This document shows positions 12,588 to 29,650 of a stretch of DNA of 64,000 bases, piece by piece. Each line of letters begins with the position of its first letter. Position 1 is the first letter of the stretch. The stretch covers positions 24,924,001 to 24,988,000 of the forward strand of contig NC_073389.1 in the NCBI RefSeq assembly GCF_028641065.1, written 5' to 3'. The stretch is from Leucoraja erinacea. Taxonomy: Eukaryota. The position numbers and the translations under genes were made by a program. The notes beneath the pieces were generated by a model. It was given only the letters and a program-made list of their open reading frames with translations. It did not search any database and was not told where the DNA came from.

Positions 12588-13391
12588 CAGAGCTGCCAAA
12601 TAGTACGGATTGTCCGTATTATGTTCGGAAATGCTATTAGAATACGGGTGTACGATTTTCGTGTTAAATACAGATTTTAAATACTGAGTTCAGTCTGAAG
12701 AAGGGTCTCACCCAGAAACGTCACCCATTCCTTCTCCAGAGTCGCTGCCTGTCCCGCTCCTGGTTTAAACAGAGCGCTGCCAGTTTAACGCGTGGGAATT
12801 TAAACAAAGCGCTGTCGGCTGCAGTTTCTAAATGTAACGCTACTGGCTGCAGCGCTGTGGGCTTTACACATAGCACTGTGGTTCACAGACTGTTCAGGAA
12901 AATTCTCGTATAACAATGAGTCTTTGGAATTCTCTTTCTCAGTGGAAATTGAGCCATTGATTATTTTTGAGGCAGTGGTAGATAAGCCTAGTGTTGAAAG
13001 GTTACCGGTGGGATTGCAGATACATTGGGATTGGCCTTGATTTTACAGAATGGTGGGTGGCTCGAGAGGGAGAAGGAGGGAGGGAGAAAAAAAGGAAGGA
13101 GTAGTGAGGGAGATTTCCAAAATGGCTTCATCTGGTGCTAAAAGCAGGAAGCAATGGTACACACAGCAGTATACAAAGAGATGGCAATGAATGCACTGTC
13201 AAGTAAGGTGTGTAGAAGACATGTCAATTGGTAGCGAAGTTATACATTCTTGTCCCCTTACATGGGTATGACCGCACATAAAAAAACGACATTTATTTTA
13301 GCAACCGTGTGAATATACTGATTTCCTCAGCAAGATACTGATTTTCAGGTACTAGAATACTGAAATGCTCTGACAAAATTTGGCAGCTCTG
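12588..13391. mobile_element. Composite non-autonomous TIR element, copy A
   Basis: TIR cagagctgccaa...ttggcagctctg, flanks ggcaaa/gggaaa. Confidence 0.8.
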
Positions 13392-15485
13392 GGGAAAATA
13401 ACTAGCAGCAAAGTGATGCAGCATCCTGTGAAGAAAGTTGGTTGGTTTATTCTTGCAGAGAATAATTCTTCTAGAGCTGCAAGTTTTGCCAATGGATTCA
13501 TGTGGTTCTGGTGGAGGGGGAGAAATTGCATGTTGTTTGCCAAATAATAGCTTTTTGTCCTGCCGTCGCCAGTGATTGTAATTCCAGCTTGGTGAATTTG
13601 ACTTGCATTTCTCAGATTTGTGACTGCAACACTAGCTTTGGTGTTCTCAACCTGCCTGAAGAAACTGGTTAGTTATCGCAAAATTTGTCACTGACCTTGT
13701 ATGACCTTATCAGTCCCGAGTTCATGTTTGTTGTGTTGAGTACAAGTCTCAATGAATTGCTTTGAGTGAGCTAACAATGCAGATGTTTTGCACATTGTAG
13801 TTTGGGAACATCCTTGTCACTTTGAGTTAACCTAATCAAATGCTTTTTAGGTATCTGCTGTTGTTCAAATGGCATCTTGGTTCACAAAAGCATATCGGCA
13901 GTATGCCAGCTCTGTGACTGCATTGAGGCACTGGCATCTCAGCTTAACAGCTTTGTACCCTATCTGCTAATGATGGCGATGAAATGAGACTTGTTCCTTT
14001 TAAAATGGTAAATGCTATCAATTTGTACACCTCCCTCTCTTCAGATGTGGCGTCCTCTGCACTTCAAAAGGAGTGCTTGATTAGTTTTAAACATAGTAAG
14101 TTTGGTTGTCTGATCTCCATCTCTTGGAGGAACAATGTTCCATAGAATGGCATCTTTAAAATTTAGTCTCTTCAGTATTTCTATGTTGTCTAGAAGTGGT
14201 GTAACCTGTAGCACTTTTTGGCATGATCTGATTCAATGCTAAATACAAATTGGAATATCAACTTGTTCTATCCCTGCATCATCCATTTTATGATCTGTTA
14301 TTTTAATTAGTAGTCTTGCATCCCTGTGCTCCTCTACTCACTCCATTTAGTTTTGATTGTGGTTACATTCTTGCCAGATTGCATCATTGTACACCTGTGA
14401 TTTAAGTTTTCTATTAGGTATTCCCTTAATCAAATTTGTTGCAGACCTCTGGATGATTGATTCCACCTTGCCTCAAATTTGGTGTCTTCTAGCTTTTTCC
14501 TAATTCTGCAAACCATAAGCTCTTAGCTGCATTTCTCACCTCTGCCACTTCGAATTGTTAACCCTAACCAATCAGTCTGCTGCATGTCCATTTTTGAGAT
14601 ATGTGCTTTCTGTCATGTTAGCCATGTATATTTTTGGGCAGAGCAGTTTACGCAATATCACACCTTGACCATAACCTTTATTTCCTGATAATTCATTACA
14701 TTTTCTATTTTCTCTTGTGTTGGCCTGCTTGAAACTACTTGGATTGTTCTATTACTGCAAGAATGTCTCCGATTTGATTAAATTAAAAAAAATATATATA
14801 TTGATATAAACTTCTAATTTTGTAGCCTGTTATAAACTTCTAATGTTGATGTCAACGCTAACAGTTAATCAGTTTGGTGTGAAACCATAGGTTTTTGTTT
14901 ATCCAACAAACTTGCTTGTACCCATTTTATGTGCCTAGTTGCTGTCACCTATTTGGGTTAAGGTAGTTTTAAGTCTGTCCAGTACACATTTGACATGGAA
15001 GTATGGAAAGGGGCCCTTCCGTCCTACTTGCTCATGCTGACCAAGGTGCCCCATCTGCAGTAGTTCAAATGCCTCGAGTACCTCCTCAGGCAGCTCATTC
15101 CATATCCCCACCACCAATGGTGTCTGCTCGGATGTGCAGTTTTCCATAATTCAATTGGTGTCTACTTTTTGTTTTCTATTTTCTACAGAGTTGAACTTGC
15201 ATAATCCAGTGCTTTCTCTAGTTAAGTAATCAAGGGCCTGTTTCTCCCCAGTACAGAGTATACATTGATACCTTGGATTGGGTTGTGAAAGGACTCCTGG
15301 CAAATAATTGTTTCTGGTCCTAGATTTTGATAGTTGAAATTTGTAGAGAATTGAGTGGTATTGTCAACACATTTTGTTGTAGACGGTTCAAATATTTGTG
15401 GTTTGTGTTGGAGCCATGCAATCTTAAATTGGTTAAGCTTTCTGATATTGCTGAAAGATCTTTCTCCCCTCATGTAAACTGTAAG

Positions 15486-15684
15486 ATTAATCAAAATTGG
15501 GATTCTGGACATGGAGGAAATGGCTCAATGAATGGGTACCATGCTGGAAGACACTGTCGGGTAAATGGTTATGACTGACTGCAGTGGGTTGGACAGAGGA
15601 TCCATTCAAAGTGACACGGGTGGCAGAGCAGGTTATTGAAATTGATCGATTAATCCTGGTGCCCAGTGACGTGCTGGGCACCAG
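15486..15684 (+). pseudogene. Decayed DDX3/An3/PL10 N-terminal cassette exon (pseudo-exon)
   Basis: Reads NQNWDSGHGGNGSMNGYHAGRHCRVNGYD*, then after a frameshift DRGSIQSDTGGRAGY*N*. Resembles the An3/pl10 insert between KEASxN and GF. The 3' end is uncertain. Confidence 0.75.
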
Positions 15685-17305
15685 GTGGCCTTATTGCAGT
15701 ATTATCCTGATTGCGATTTGTTCAAATTTTGCTTTGGGGGTGAGCTGATCAAGCTTACTCCAAGGAAAGATGACTAAGGCTGATAGGCCACAAGGCTGGA
15801 GCAAGCGGGTCTGATGGGTATAAGTGTAAGAAGAACTGCAGATGCTGGTTTAAACTGAAGATAGACCCAAAAAGCTGGAACAACTCAGCGGGACAGACAG
15901 CATCTCTGGACAGAAGGAATGGTGACGTTTTATGTTGAAACCTTTCTGACTCCGAAGAAGGGTCTCAATCCTCAACGTCACCCATTCCTTCTCTCCAGAG
16001 ATGCTGTCTGTCCCGCTGAGTTAGTCCAGCTTTTTGTGTCCATCTGATGGGCATAAGAATGAGGATATTTAGGAAGCAAAAGTCTGTTAAATCTTGCCTT
16101 TGTTGTGCCTTTGACAGAGTGCACTTAAATAAATAAATTGAACGTGGAAATGTCAAATAGTTGAATTAAATGCTTTTGGCTTTCCTAAAGTATGACATTG
16201 ATAGCAGTTGCCCAAATGATTCTCTTACAAAGAGGAATGGCTAATTGTTGCCTGAGGCTGGTGACTTTCTATCCAGGTGCTTAGGTTTCTTTATTTTTGC
16301 TTATAATCCAAACTTGCTATATTTCTTTTGAAAAAGTGCCAATTGGTCTTAAATTTATCAACGGATGATCCTCTATCTGTCACCATGTAAGTCTGAAGTG
16401 ATTTGTACTTGTAGCTGCAGTTTAATTTATCGCCATGATTTGTAATGTTGCAGTTATGAAAATGGCAGAGGGGAGGGAAGAATTTCTTACCTTCTGGAAG
16501 TGCCAAACTGGAACATGTGTATCCTTGTGGTTAAAAATGAATGCAACAAATTTTAATCTTGTAGACAATATGATCAAAATTGTAGATGTGAATCTACCCC
16601 AAAATTCTTCACTCTAAAACTGAAAGAGCTAACGTGGTGTGCCCTCACTGCTCATGTCTGCTATGTAGAAGGTAGAATACTTGGTAACTTAAGACTGAGG
16701 TGAAATGAAGAATTTCAGAGAAGGCATCAGTGGATGCTTGGCTGTAAAATGAGAACTTTTAAATTATTTAATTGCCAGCATTTTTATCATTCATTGGAAA
16801 TTTCCCCTATTGGAGAATCTTTGGTAGTTTTGCTTAACTTTAAGGATTTACAAATGACTTCAACAGGTTTAAATACTTCCCGCAATACCTCCACAGAAAC
16901 TTAATGTTGAAGAGAATTAAATGCACTATCTAAAAAACAATCATTTGTTATTTATTAGGTCCACAGACCGCATGAAAAGTTAAATGTGTACAATGGCTAC
17001 TTCCTGTCCAGAAGACCTGTGCAGCTCTGACTCAAATTGTGGTTGGGACTTGCAGTTTAAAGGGAGTACATTTTATTAGGTATTGAAGTAGTTCTCTTGG
17101 AAGAGTTGTCCAGTAAGGGGAGAGGAAGGTTTTCAAATTGGTTGTATTTTTATAACTAACAATTTATACTGTGCAAACATTCTTAGATATTCAATGAGCA
17201 GCTAATCACTTGGGGATATTCAATTTTTCACATGACTTTGATTTTGACTGCTTTGTGGCTAATCTACAAATGGTGTCCTGATCCATTTCAGACTACCCAA
17301 AATAG

Positions 17306-17530
<225 letters not shown>

Positions 17531-17654
17531 TGAGCTAAATCTGTTGCCGTGTCAATTAACAAAAGTTTTCAATTTATCCATGAATTGTGGGGAGTACCCC
17601 GCCAGTCCTGCAGCTGTCCGTTATTTTCACTTTTTTATTATTTTTAGTACATTC

Positions 17655-18605
<951 letters not shown>

Positions 18606-19036
18606 TAAGTGTTGCATGAATGGATGGTAAACACTAGATTTTCAAATGATTTGCATCTTTCAGCTGTCATTTCAAAACCAGCCTTCCTCTTGACTCGAGG
18701 TAAGCACAAAGCTGGAGTAACTCAGTGGGTCAGACAGAATCTGGAGAAAGGGAATAGGTGACGTTTCAGGTCGAGACCATTCCAGGGAAAGAGAAACGAG
18801 AGATGTAGAGCAAGACTCCCCAAGTCTAAGTCGATGTCGCCCTTTGAGACAATTGTAAGAAGTTTGCATTCTAATATTTTCACTGTTTTTCAATTCATCT
18901 TGATCGGTATTGAAGGCCTTTACTGTGTTATATGGTGTCTTGGATAAAGCAGTTCACTATACAGATACTCTTCTATAATTTTCAAGTCAATTCTGTTCCT
19001 CTCTGGGCTATGGTTCCAAGCTTTCCCATAATTGGT

Positions 19037-19320
19037 AATGAAATGAAATGAAAATGAAATGAAATGATTCAATTAATTGTCATTGTCAGTGTACAGTACA
19101 GAGACAACGAAATGCATTTTAGCATCTCCCTTGAAAGGGAGACACAGGGCGTCGCGGTGTGCCCGCGCCGCCGCCGTAATTACATTCCATTACACACAGG
19201 CAAAGGTGGGTGAAGTGTCTTGCCCAAGGACACAACGACAGTATGCACTCCAAGCAGGATTTGAACCGGCTACCTTCCGGTCGCCAGCCGAACTCTTAGC
19301 CCATTGTGCTATCTGTCGCC
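19037..19320 (-). mobile_element. tRNA-derived SINE with (tttca)n tail
   Basis: Minus strand: tagcacaatgg (A box), ggttcaaatcc (B box), gtgtccttgggcaagacactt body. Confidence 0.8.
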
Positions 19321-19959
19321 CTCCACTCTTTTGCATAGAGGGTTAGTGGGACTAAGGCTCGCAGCAAAAAGATTGGTGAATTAGTTTCATAACCTTGCTA
19401 GTATTTAATTGTTTCACGATTCCCAAATTGTGGAATGCACGATATTTGTCAGTAACGATTTTGCTCATAACCTAACCCAAGGAGTCTGTGCAGCCAGAAT
19501 ACCCTGGTAAACTAGATTTGCTTTTCATTAGGTGATTTTAGAATTAGCCTTCATGTACTGCCTGGGCAAAAGCAAATTCTGATTCCAATGAGGGAATTTT
19601 AAACATTTTGTGGGTGAAGGGTAAGAAGCTGTTGGGGAATTGCGCAATGCAGTACTTGGTTCTTCCATGTATATTCACCTTGATCTTGAGTTTCTGGTTC
19701 CTGCTACATAGTTTCTATGTTTGAATTTTAGAAGGGACCATTAATTTAATTGAAGCTATGCTGAGTCATCACTCCAAACAAACCTATCCAAAAAAACTGC
19801 AGCAGAATAGTTCTAATTTCCTTTAGTTATACTTGATAGCTTTTTTGCTGCAGGTCAAAGAATGGGAAGAACCATTGAGATCTAATGTGATTCTAGTTGA
19901 AGTATCCTGCAAGGTCTTGCATTTAATGGAGGAAAGCAGTGGTTTTCATTTTTAATTAG

Positions 19960-20121
<162 letters not shown>

Positions 20122-20251
20122 TAAATTAGATGTTGGTCCTCGGTTTTTAATTCATGATACAAATGTGAAGCCTGGACTCTGCATGATGACTGTCAATACC
20201 AGGTATGTTGTATGCCATTCTCGTGTTTCAACTTCCAAGAGTTGGCAATAA

Positions 20252-20509
<258 letters not shown>

Positions 20510-20612
20510 TAATAAATTGCATCCTTTAAACTGGAGTACAATGTATTATCTTTCTACCACTCCATTCCCTTGTTTATCCCCAAATTTCATGCTATAACTT
20601 TATTGCTTATGA

Positions 20613-20989
<377 letters not shown>

Positions 20990-21755
20990 TGACTCTTAGT
21001 CAGTGTTGAACAGTGCAGCAATGGAACAGGCCTCTTTAGACCACAATGTCTCGGCTAAACATAATGCCAAGTTGAACTACTTTCTTCCTACACTTGATCT
21101 GCATCCCTCCATTCCCTGCATAGCCATGTACCTATCTAAAAGCCTTTTAAATGCCACCATATCTGCCACCAATGGCAGTGCATTCCAGATACTGAGGGGA
21201 AAAGAACTGGCTCTGAACATCTCAAATATTGTCCGTCCCCTTAAAGCTATGTCCTCAGTTTACAAAGGTTCTGTTTACCCGATATATGCCTCCATTTTAT
21301 TTGCATCTATCATGTCTCTTCAGCTGTCATCACTCCAGACAAAACCACCTGGAAGCCAGCCCTTTGGCTGGGCTAGTCTCATTTGACGTATTTGACCGAT
21401 AGCCTTCTAAACATTTCCCATTCTTGTCCAACTATCTTTGTAAAGCTTTAATTGTATCCGTTTCGATATCTAAATCTGGTAGCTCATTTGGATACAGACT
21501 ACCCTCATGTTTTCCCCTATAGCCCGAATCCTAGACCCTGGGAGAAAAGGTGTGAGTGTTCACTTTAGCCATGCCCTTTGTTCTTGCACAATGTTCTAAA
21601 ATCACCCTCCAGGAAAATATTCTACCATATCTGACATCTGAATGACTTAAGCGCATAAGCCGAAGTAACATTCTGGTGAATCTCTCTTGCATTCGTTCCA
21701 AGTTAAAGACATCATTGACATCCATGTCATTGGAAGCTGATTTACATTAACTTGA

Positions 21756-21947
<192 letters not shown>

Positions 21948-21963
21948 TAAAAAGGCAACATTG

Positions 21964-22762
21964 CAGAGCTGCCAAGTAGTATGGATTTTCTGTATTTTGT
22001 ACGGAAATGCGATTAGAATACGGGTGTACGATTTTGTGTTAAATACAGAGTTCAGTTCGGTCTAAAGAAGGGTCTCGACCAGAAACGTCACCCATTCCTT
22101 CTCTCCAGAGTCGCTGCCTGTCCCGCTCCAGGTTTAAACAGAGCTCTGTCAGTTTAACGCGTGGGAATTTAAACTAAACGCTGTGGGTTCTAAATATAGC
22201 ACTACCGGCTGGAGTGCTATGGGCTTTAAACATAGTGCTATGGGTCGCAGACTGTTTAAAGCCCATAGGAAAAGTCTCGTATAACAATGAGTCTTTGGCA
22301 GTCTCTTTCTCAGTGGAAGTTGAGCCATTTATTATTTTTGAGGCAGTGGTAGGATTCTGGATAAGCCTAGTGGTGAAAGGTTATCAGTGGGATTGCAGCT
22401 GCATTTGGATTGGCCTTGATTTTACAGAACAGTGGGTGGGCTCAAGAGGGAGGGAGGGGGGAGCAAAAAGGAAGGAGAAGGACGGTGGGAGGCTTCCAAA
22501 TTGGCTTCTACACCGTCACCTGGTGCTAAATGCAGGAAGCGGTACAAAGAGATGGCAATGAATGCACTGGTCAAGTAAGGTGCGTAGAAGACATGTCAAT
22601 TGGTAGCAAAGTTATGCATTCTTGTACTCTTACATGGGTGTGACTGCACATAAAATATTTTTTTTTCAGCAAAATGGCACTAAAAATACTGATTTCCTCT
22701 GCAAAATACTGATTTTCAGATACTAGAATACTGAAATTCTCTGACAAAACGTTGCTGCTCTG
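21964..22762. mobile_element. Composite non-autonomous TIR element, copy B
   Basis: Colinear with 12588-13391, flanks acattg/ccattg. Confidence 0.8.
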
Positions 22763-23450
22763 CCATTGGAAACCATTTATGCCCCTTGATAGATATATTC
22801 TCCACAATGCAGTCAAGAAATATGCAAACTTCACATAGATTCAAACTGGATTTCTCAGTTTGTGAAGCAACAGGACTAGTGATTTGTTTGTCGGTTCTAC
22901 ACTTGACATGCTGCATTCAATTTGTGATGCATTGCTCTATTGTTGGGGAAATATTCAAACCTTATCTTAGTTGCGTTAACATGCAGTTTAAATCTGTTTA
23001 ATGCTTGCCATCTCCATTATGCCTTGGTATACTTTCTAGGAATCTCGTGCACAGACATTTTTGGATCTTTGATAGTAATTTCTGAAATGAGCTAGCTCGG
23101 TTAAATGTACTAGAATCTCCTTCTGGGATTTAACTAAATCACTTTCCTGTGTAATTTCAGCATTTTGGTATTCTGCCATTTTTGAGGCAATTAAATGATA
23201 TTGCTGAAACTTGTTTATTTTCGAATGCACAATAGGTTGAGAAATCGCCTTGATCTAACTTCACACAGCAGTAAAGGGGTAGCAAGTAAGAATGGAAGGA
23301 GCTTGTTCAGCCAAGTAATAACATAACCAGGAAACTAAGAATAAGTGATAATTTTCCAGTTGTGATAACATGAATTAATCAGAGGCTAGAGAATTAATGA
23401 TAAATTCTACACTAAATTGCTGTAGTGCCTGTTTATTTTGTATGCTAATG

Positions 23451-23685
23451 AAGTCAAGTCAAGTCACATTTATTTATATAGCACATTTAAAAAAACAACT
23501 CTCGTTGGCCAAAGTGCTTTGCATTTGTTATAAGAATAGCACAACAAAACACTACATACATATACATGTAGCCCTCACTCAGAGGATGTCAGGAAAGGCT
23601 TGGGAGTATAGATAAGTCTTTAGTCTTGACTTAAAAGAGTCGATGGAGGGGGCAGTTCTGATGGGAAAGGGGATGCTGTTCCACA
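23451..23685 (-). mobile_element. L2 LINE 3' end
   Basis: WNSIPFPIRTAPSIDSFKSRLKTYLYSQAF, (ttgac)n tail. Confidence 0.8.
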
Positions 23686-24079
23686 TGAAGATAATATGTT
23701 CCATAATGAAGATCCTGTTTAGATTTAAAATGTGAGTTAGTGAAACTAAGATTCTTAATAAGTAGACAACTTTGATTGGGAATTGCGTTGCAGTTGATTT
23801 AGTTTTAGGTACACTACTTATTCTCTTATAACATACAAAAATCATGGGGATCTTCATACATAATCATTGAGTTATCAGCATGTTCTTTTAGTCCTGAGCT
23901 CTAATTCCTTCTTAAAGGTCATAGTTGTTGGTGTTTCTATTTAAACCAAACATGAAATTGCACAGCTGTAAATGTTTGTGCTACATAAAATGGCTGATGC
24001 CATGGGCCCTCGGGCCGTACTTGGATATTGGAATACGGGGTAAGGAGAATTTGGTTCTTTACATTTATTGAATATGTAA

Positions 24080-24250
<171 letters not shown>

Positions 24251-25260
24251 TGATACTTAAAGTCATACTGATTATTTGGGAAAATTAAGTTGCATGAGCT
24301 TTCCTCATTGTTAAAGGGTGGTGGTCTTATCGGGTATGTGACCTTGCCATACTTTCAGCAGAGATTCATTAGCTTAGGCATCCTAAAATTAATTTGGCAC
24401 TGAATTTCAAGGCTGTGATAGTGGAAATCTCCAAGGGCTGCAGGTTTGAGCCGTGGATTGTCTGCACTTTGGTTAAAGTCTGCTAGTTGTGTCCCAGCTG
24501 GATAACAAATGTCTCTACTGAAGAGCTGTAGAGAAAATACATATTACTAAATTTGTTTATTGAAATCTTATTTGTATTTATTCTTTACACGTGGGTTTCA
24601 GCACATCACTTGATAATGAAGCAGCAGTTAGTAAGAATCAAGCCAGAAGGAATAAAGCATAAGAATTCAAAAAAAATTGAAACCAGTTTATTTGCTTCTG
24701 ATCTTAAATGCTGGCATGGACTAGTTTGAACTGCCTATTTCTGAATGTAATAGTTCTGTGTGATAAAATTTAGTGAATTTGTAGTCTGGTTTAGTTGTTT
24801 TCAAAGGAAATTGAAGCAACAATGGCATTGAAATGTCCCTGGTAGTGCAAATTAGTTAAAATCCCAAAATCTACAAGGCTATAGATTTCACTTAAATGGG
24901 AAATCTTCCCTAGGAATAACTAAAACTATTCACTCTTGACACTAAACCTGGTATCTGCTTGATTTTCTGATTTGGGGCTGTTTAATGCTTCCCCATGCCA
25001 AAATTCAAGTGGTAACCAATGCATGAAACTTAAAACAGATAGGTTACCTGTTATTAGTTGTAGATGGGCAAAACTACTTTATTGAGATATCCCTATTGAA
25101 CATTGGTTAACAGCAAGTGTTATTTGACTTCAAATTTCAGTTAATAGTGCAATCTTGCTCTATGAAATGGTAATTGGTGCTTTAGTTTACTCATTGAGAA
25201 TGGTATGGGAAATGTTTCATTCTTTAAACAATGATCAAGTGCTTGACTATCCCTCCTTAA

Positions 25261-26948
<1,688 letters not shown>

Positions 26949-27296
26949 TTGCTCTCTCTTCCACAAGATGGACAGAGGTATTCTGCAAGCAACTTATGAT
27001 GTCTCTCTGCTGTTGTCCACCATGTTGATGTGCAATTAAAATGGTGACCCAGTGGAGACCTTAAGTCAGTTTTTTGTAATTAATGGTCTGTCTGGGGTCA
27101 CCGATGGATTTCCCCCCTTATGAAATTAGTGGAATGACTTGTGTTGCCAATTTGGGCAAATTTCCTCAATCACCTGTTGTAAACATTGTTTTGCAAATAC
27201 AACTGGTTGTCCATAAGAAGCAGTTCATCAACGCAAAATCCCACTCTCCCTGTTGAATTACTTTTGGGATTTCGTGTCATGTTATTTTGGGGTTAG

Positions 27297-27590
<294 letters not shown>

Positions 27591-27697
27591 TAAGAATATT
27601 ATACATTCTCCATTTCCCTGCATTAATAAAAATCAATAATTTGTCCGTCGTGTTTATTCCTGTTATAATCTCCATTGACTTCAATTTGTATTGGTAG

Positions 27698-28077
<380 letters not shown>

Positions 28078-28639
28078 TAAAATGGCAAAATTGAATATGC
28101 TTTCTCTCTAATCTCACACCATTTCGGGTACAATATTGGGTTACATTGTGTGACTGCCTCAACTTTAAAACTGCCATCGAACTTTAAAATGAAGTATATG
28201 CAAAATGTGACAATCCTCAGCTATTAAGTTCTACTCGGTGGTTAGTATGCAGAGCTTGATACAGTAGTTATAAAAAAGTGTGAAGAGAGTCTTGACCCGA
28301 AACGTCACCTATTCCTTCGCTCCATAGATGCTGCCTCACCCGCTGAGTTACTCCAGCATTTTTGTCTACCGTAGATTTTTCCAGCATCTGCAGTTCTTTT
28401 TTAAACAGTAGTTATAAAGGTCGGTTGACCAAGTTTGAGATTAAAAACATGGATTAATACATTTCATCTATTGGCCAGCACGTGCTATAAATTTCCATTC
28501 CATTTTGAAGTGCAATCACTAAATCTAGATTATCACTTTATATTTTTAATATTGCACCACTCATTCCAGTCCATGTGACCACTTATTCAAAAGTAATATT
28601 CATGATTTCTTGACCAAGCATTTTTCTTCTGTATTTCAG

Positions 28640-28749
28640 TCGGTTTGGAGCTGGATTTGGTGCCAGAGATTACAGACAAACTAGCAGTGGCTTCAGTTCT
28701 CGTGGAAGTCGTGGTACAAGCCATGGAGCCCCCAGAGGATTTGGAGGAG
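28640..28749 (+). CDS. DDX3X: DDX3X exon 16 (RFGAGFGARDYRQ...RGFGG), followed by a GC donor
   Basis: 110 nt, RDYR motif. Donor GAG|GCAAGT keeps frame with exon 17. Confidence 0.9.
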
Positions 28750-29010
28750 GCAAGTTGTCTGCATGGTTTTCCTGCAATTTGGTGCACTATACCAAGGAAA
28801 GGGTGTATGTGTCTTGCTACCATTGTCAACAGTAGCGTTGCTTTGTGTGAATGTTCAACATCATTGCTACAAAGGAAATGTAAAAGTATTGAGATTGCAT
28901 ACCAAATTGTTTCTGCAACCTTTAATGCAGTTGGCAATATTTAGAATTGGCTTAAATTGAATTAACTGTAGCAGGTAGCTGCAAGCTGTTGGTTAAAGAC
29001 ATCACCCTTA

Positions 29011-29650
29011 AGGGGCTGTCGCACTGCGGCGACCTAATCCGCGAGTTCAGAAGAGTGTCTTCAAGCTCGAGGGCACTCTCCTGGAAAACCTCGAGCTGGA
29101 TAGACCGGCAGCGATGAAACTGCGAGCTGGATTGATGGACCACACATGCGCGCACTCAGCGGGGGCCAGGGAAAGCGGGGGAGCGCTGTCTGATATTCAC
29201 ACCCGCGATGAAGGAAGGTAAAAGACGGTTGCACAGTGTACGGCAAGTCCTTTGGAGAGCGCGGGGGGAGAAGGAGTAGAGACGCTTTTAAGAAGTCAGA
29301 CAATGTTTAATAAAGTTCAGCAGGCATTTAACCTACCGATCGGTTTTCCTTGGTCCTGAAAACTCCTATGAGCCAATTAAAATGCCCGGTCAGTGAAGTA
29401 GATTGCCTACGGCTGCCCTCGACTGCCTGTAATTAAATAGCGACCCCACTCCACTACGAGTTAAAAAGAACCATGCCGACCAATTTTTTCCGCGCTCTAA
29501 CTGAGGCCACGAGTATGCGGGAACTTCCCTCGAGCATGAAGGAGAGTTCCAGTGACCTCCTAGGACCAGGTGTCGACCATGCTGGGAGTTTGAGTCGAGG
29601 GCAAACTCTTCTAAACTCGCAGATTAGGTCATTGCAGTGGGACAGCCCCT
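29011..29650. mobile_element. PIF/Harbinger-like MITE, copy 2 (DDX3X intron 16)
   Basis: TIR aggggctgtc(g/c)cactgc, TTA TSD, interior aligns with copies 1 and 3. Confidence 0.85.
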
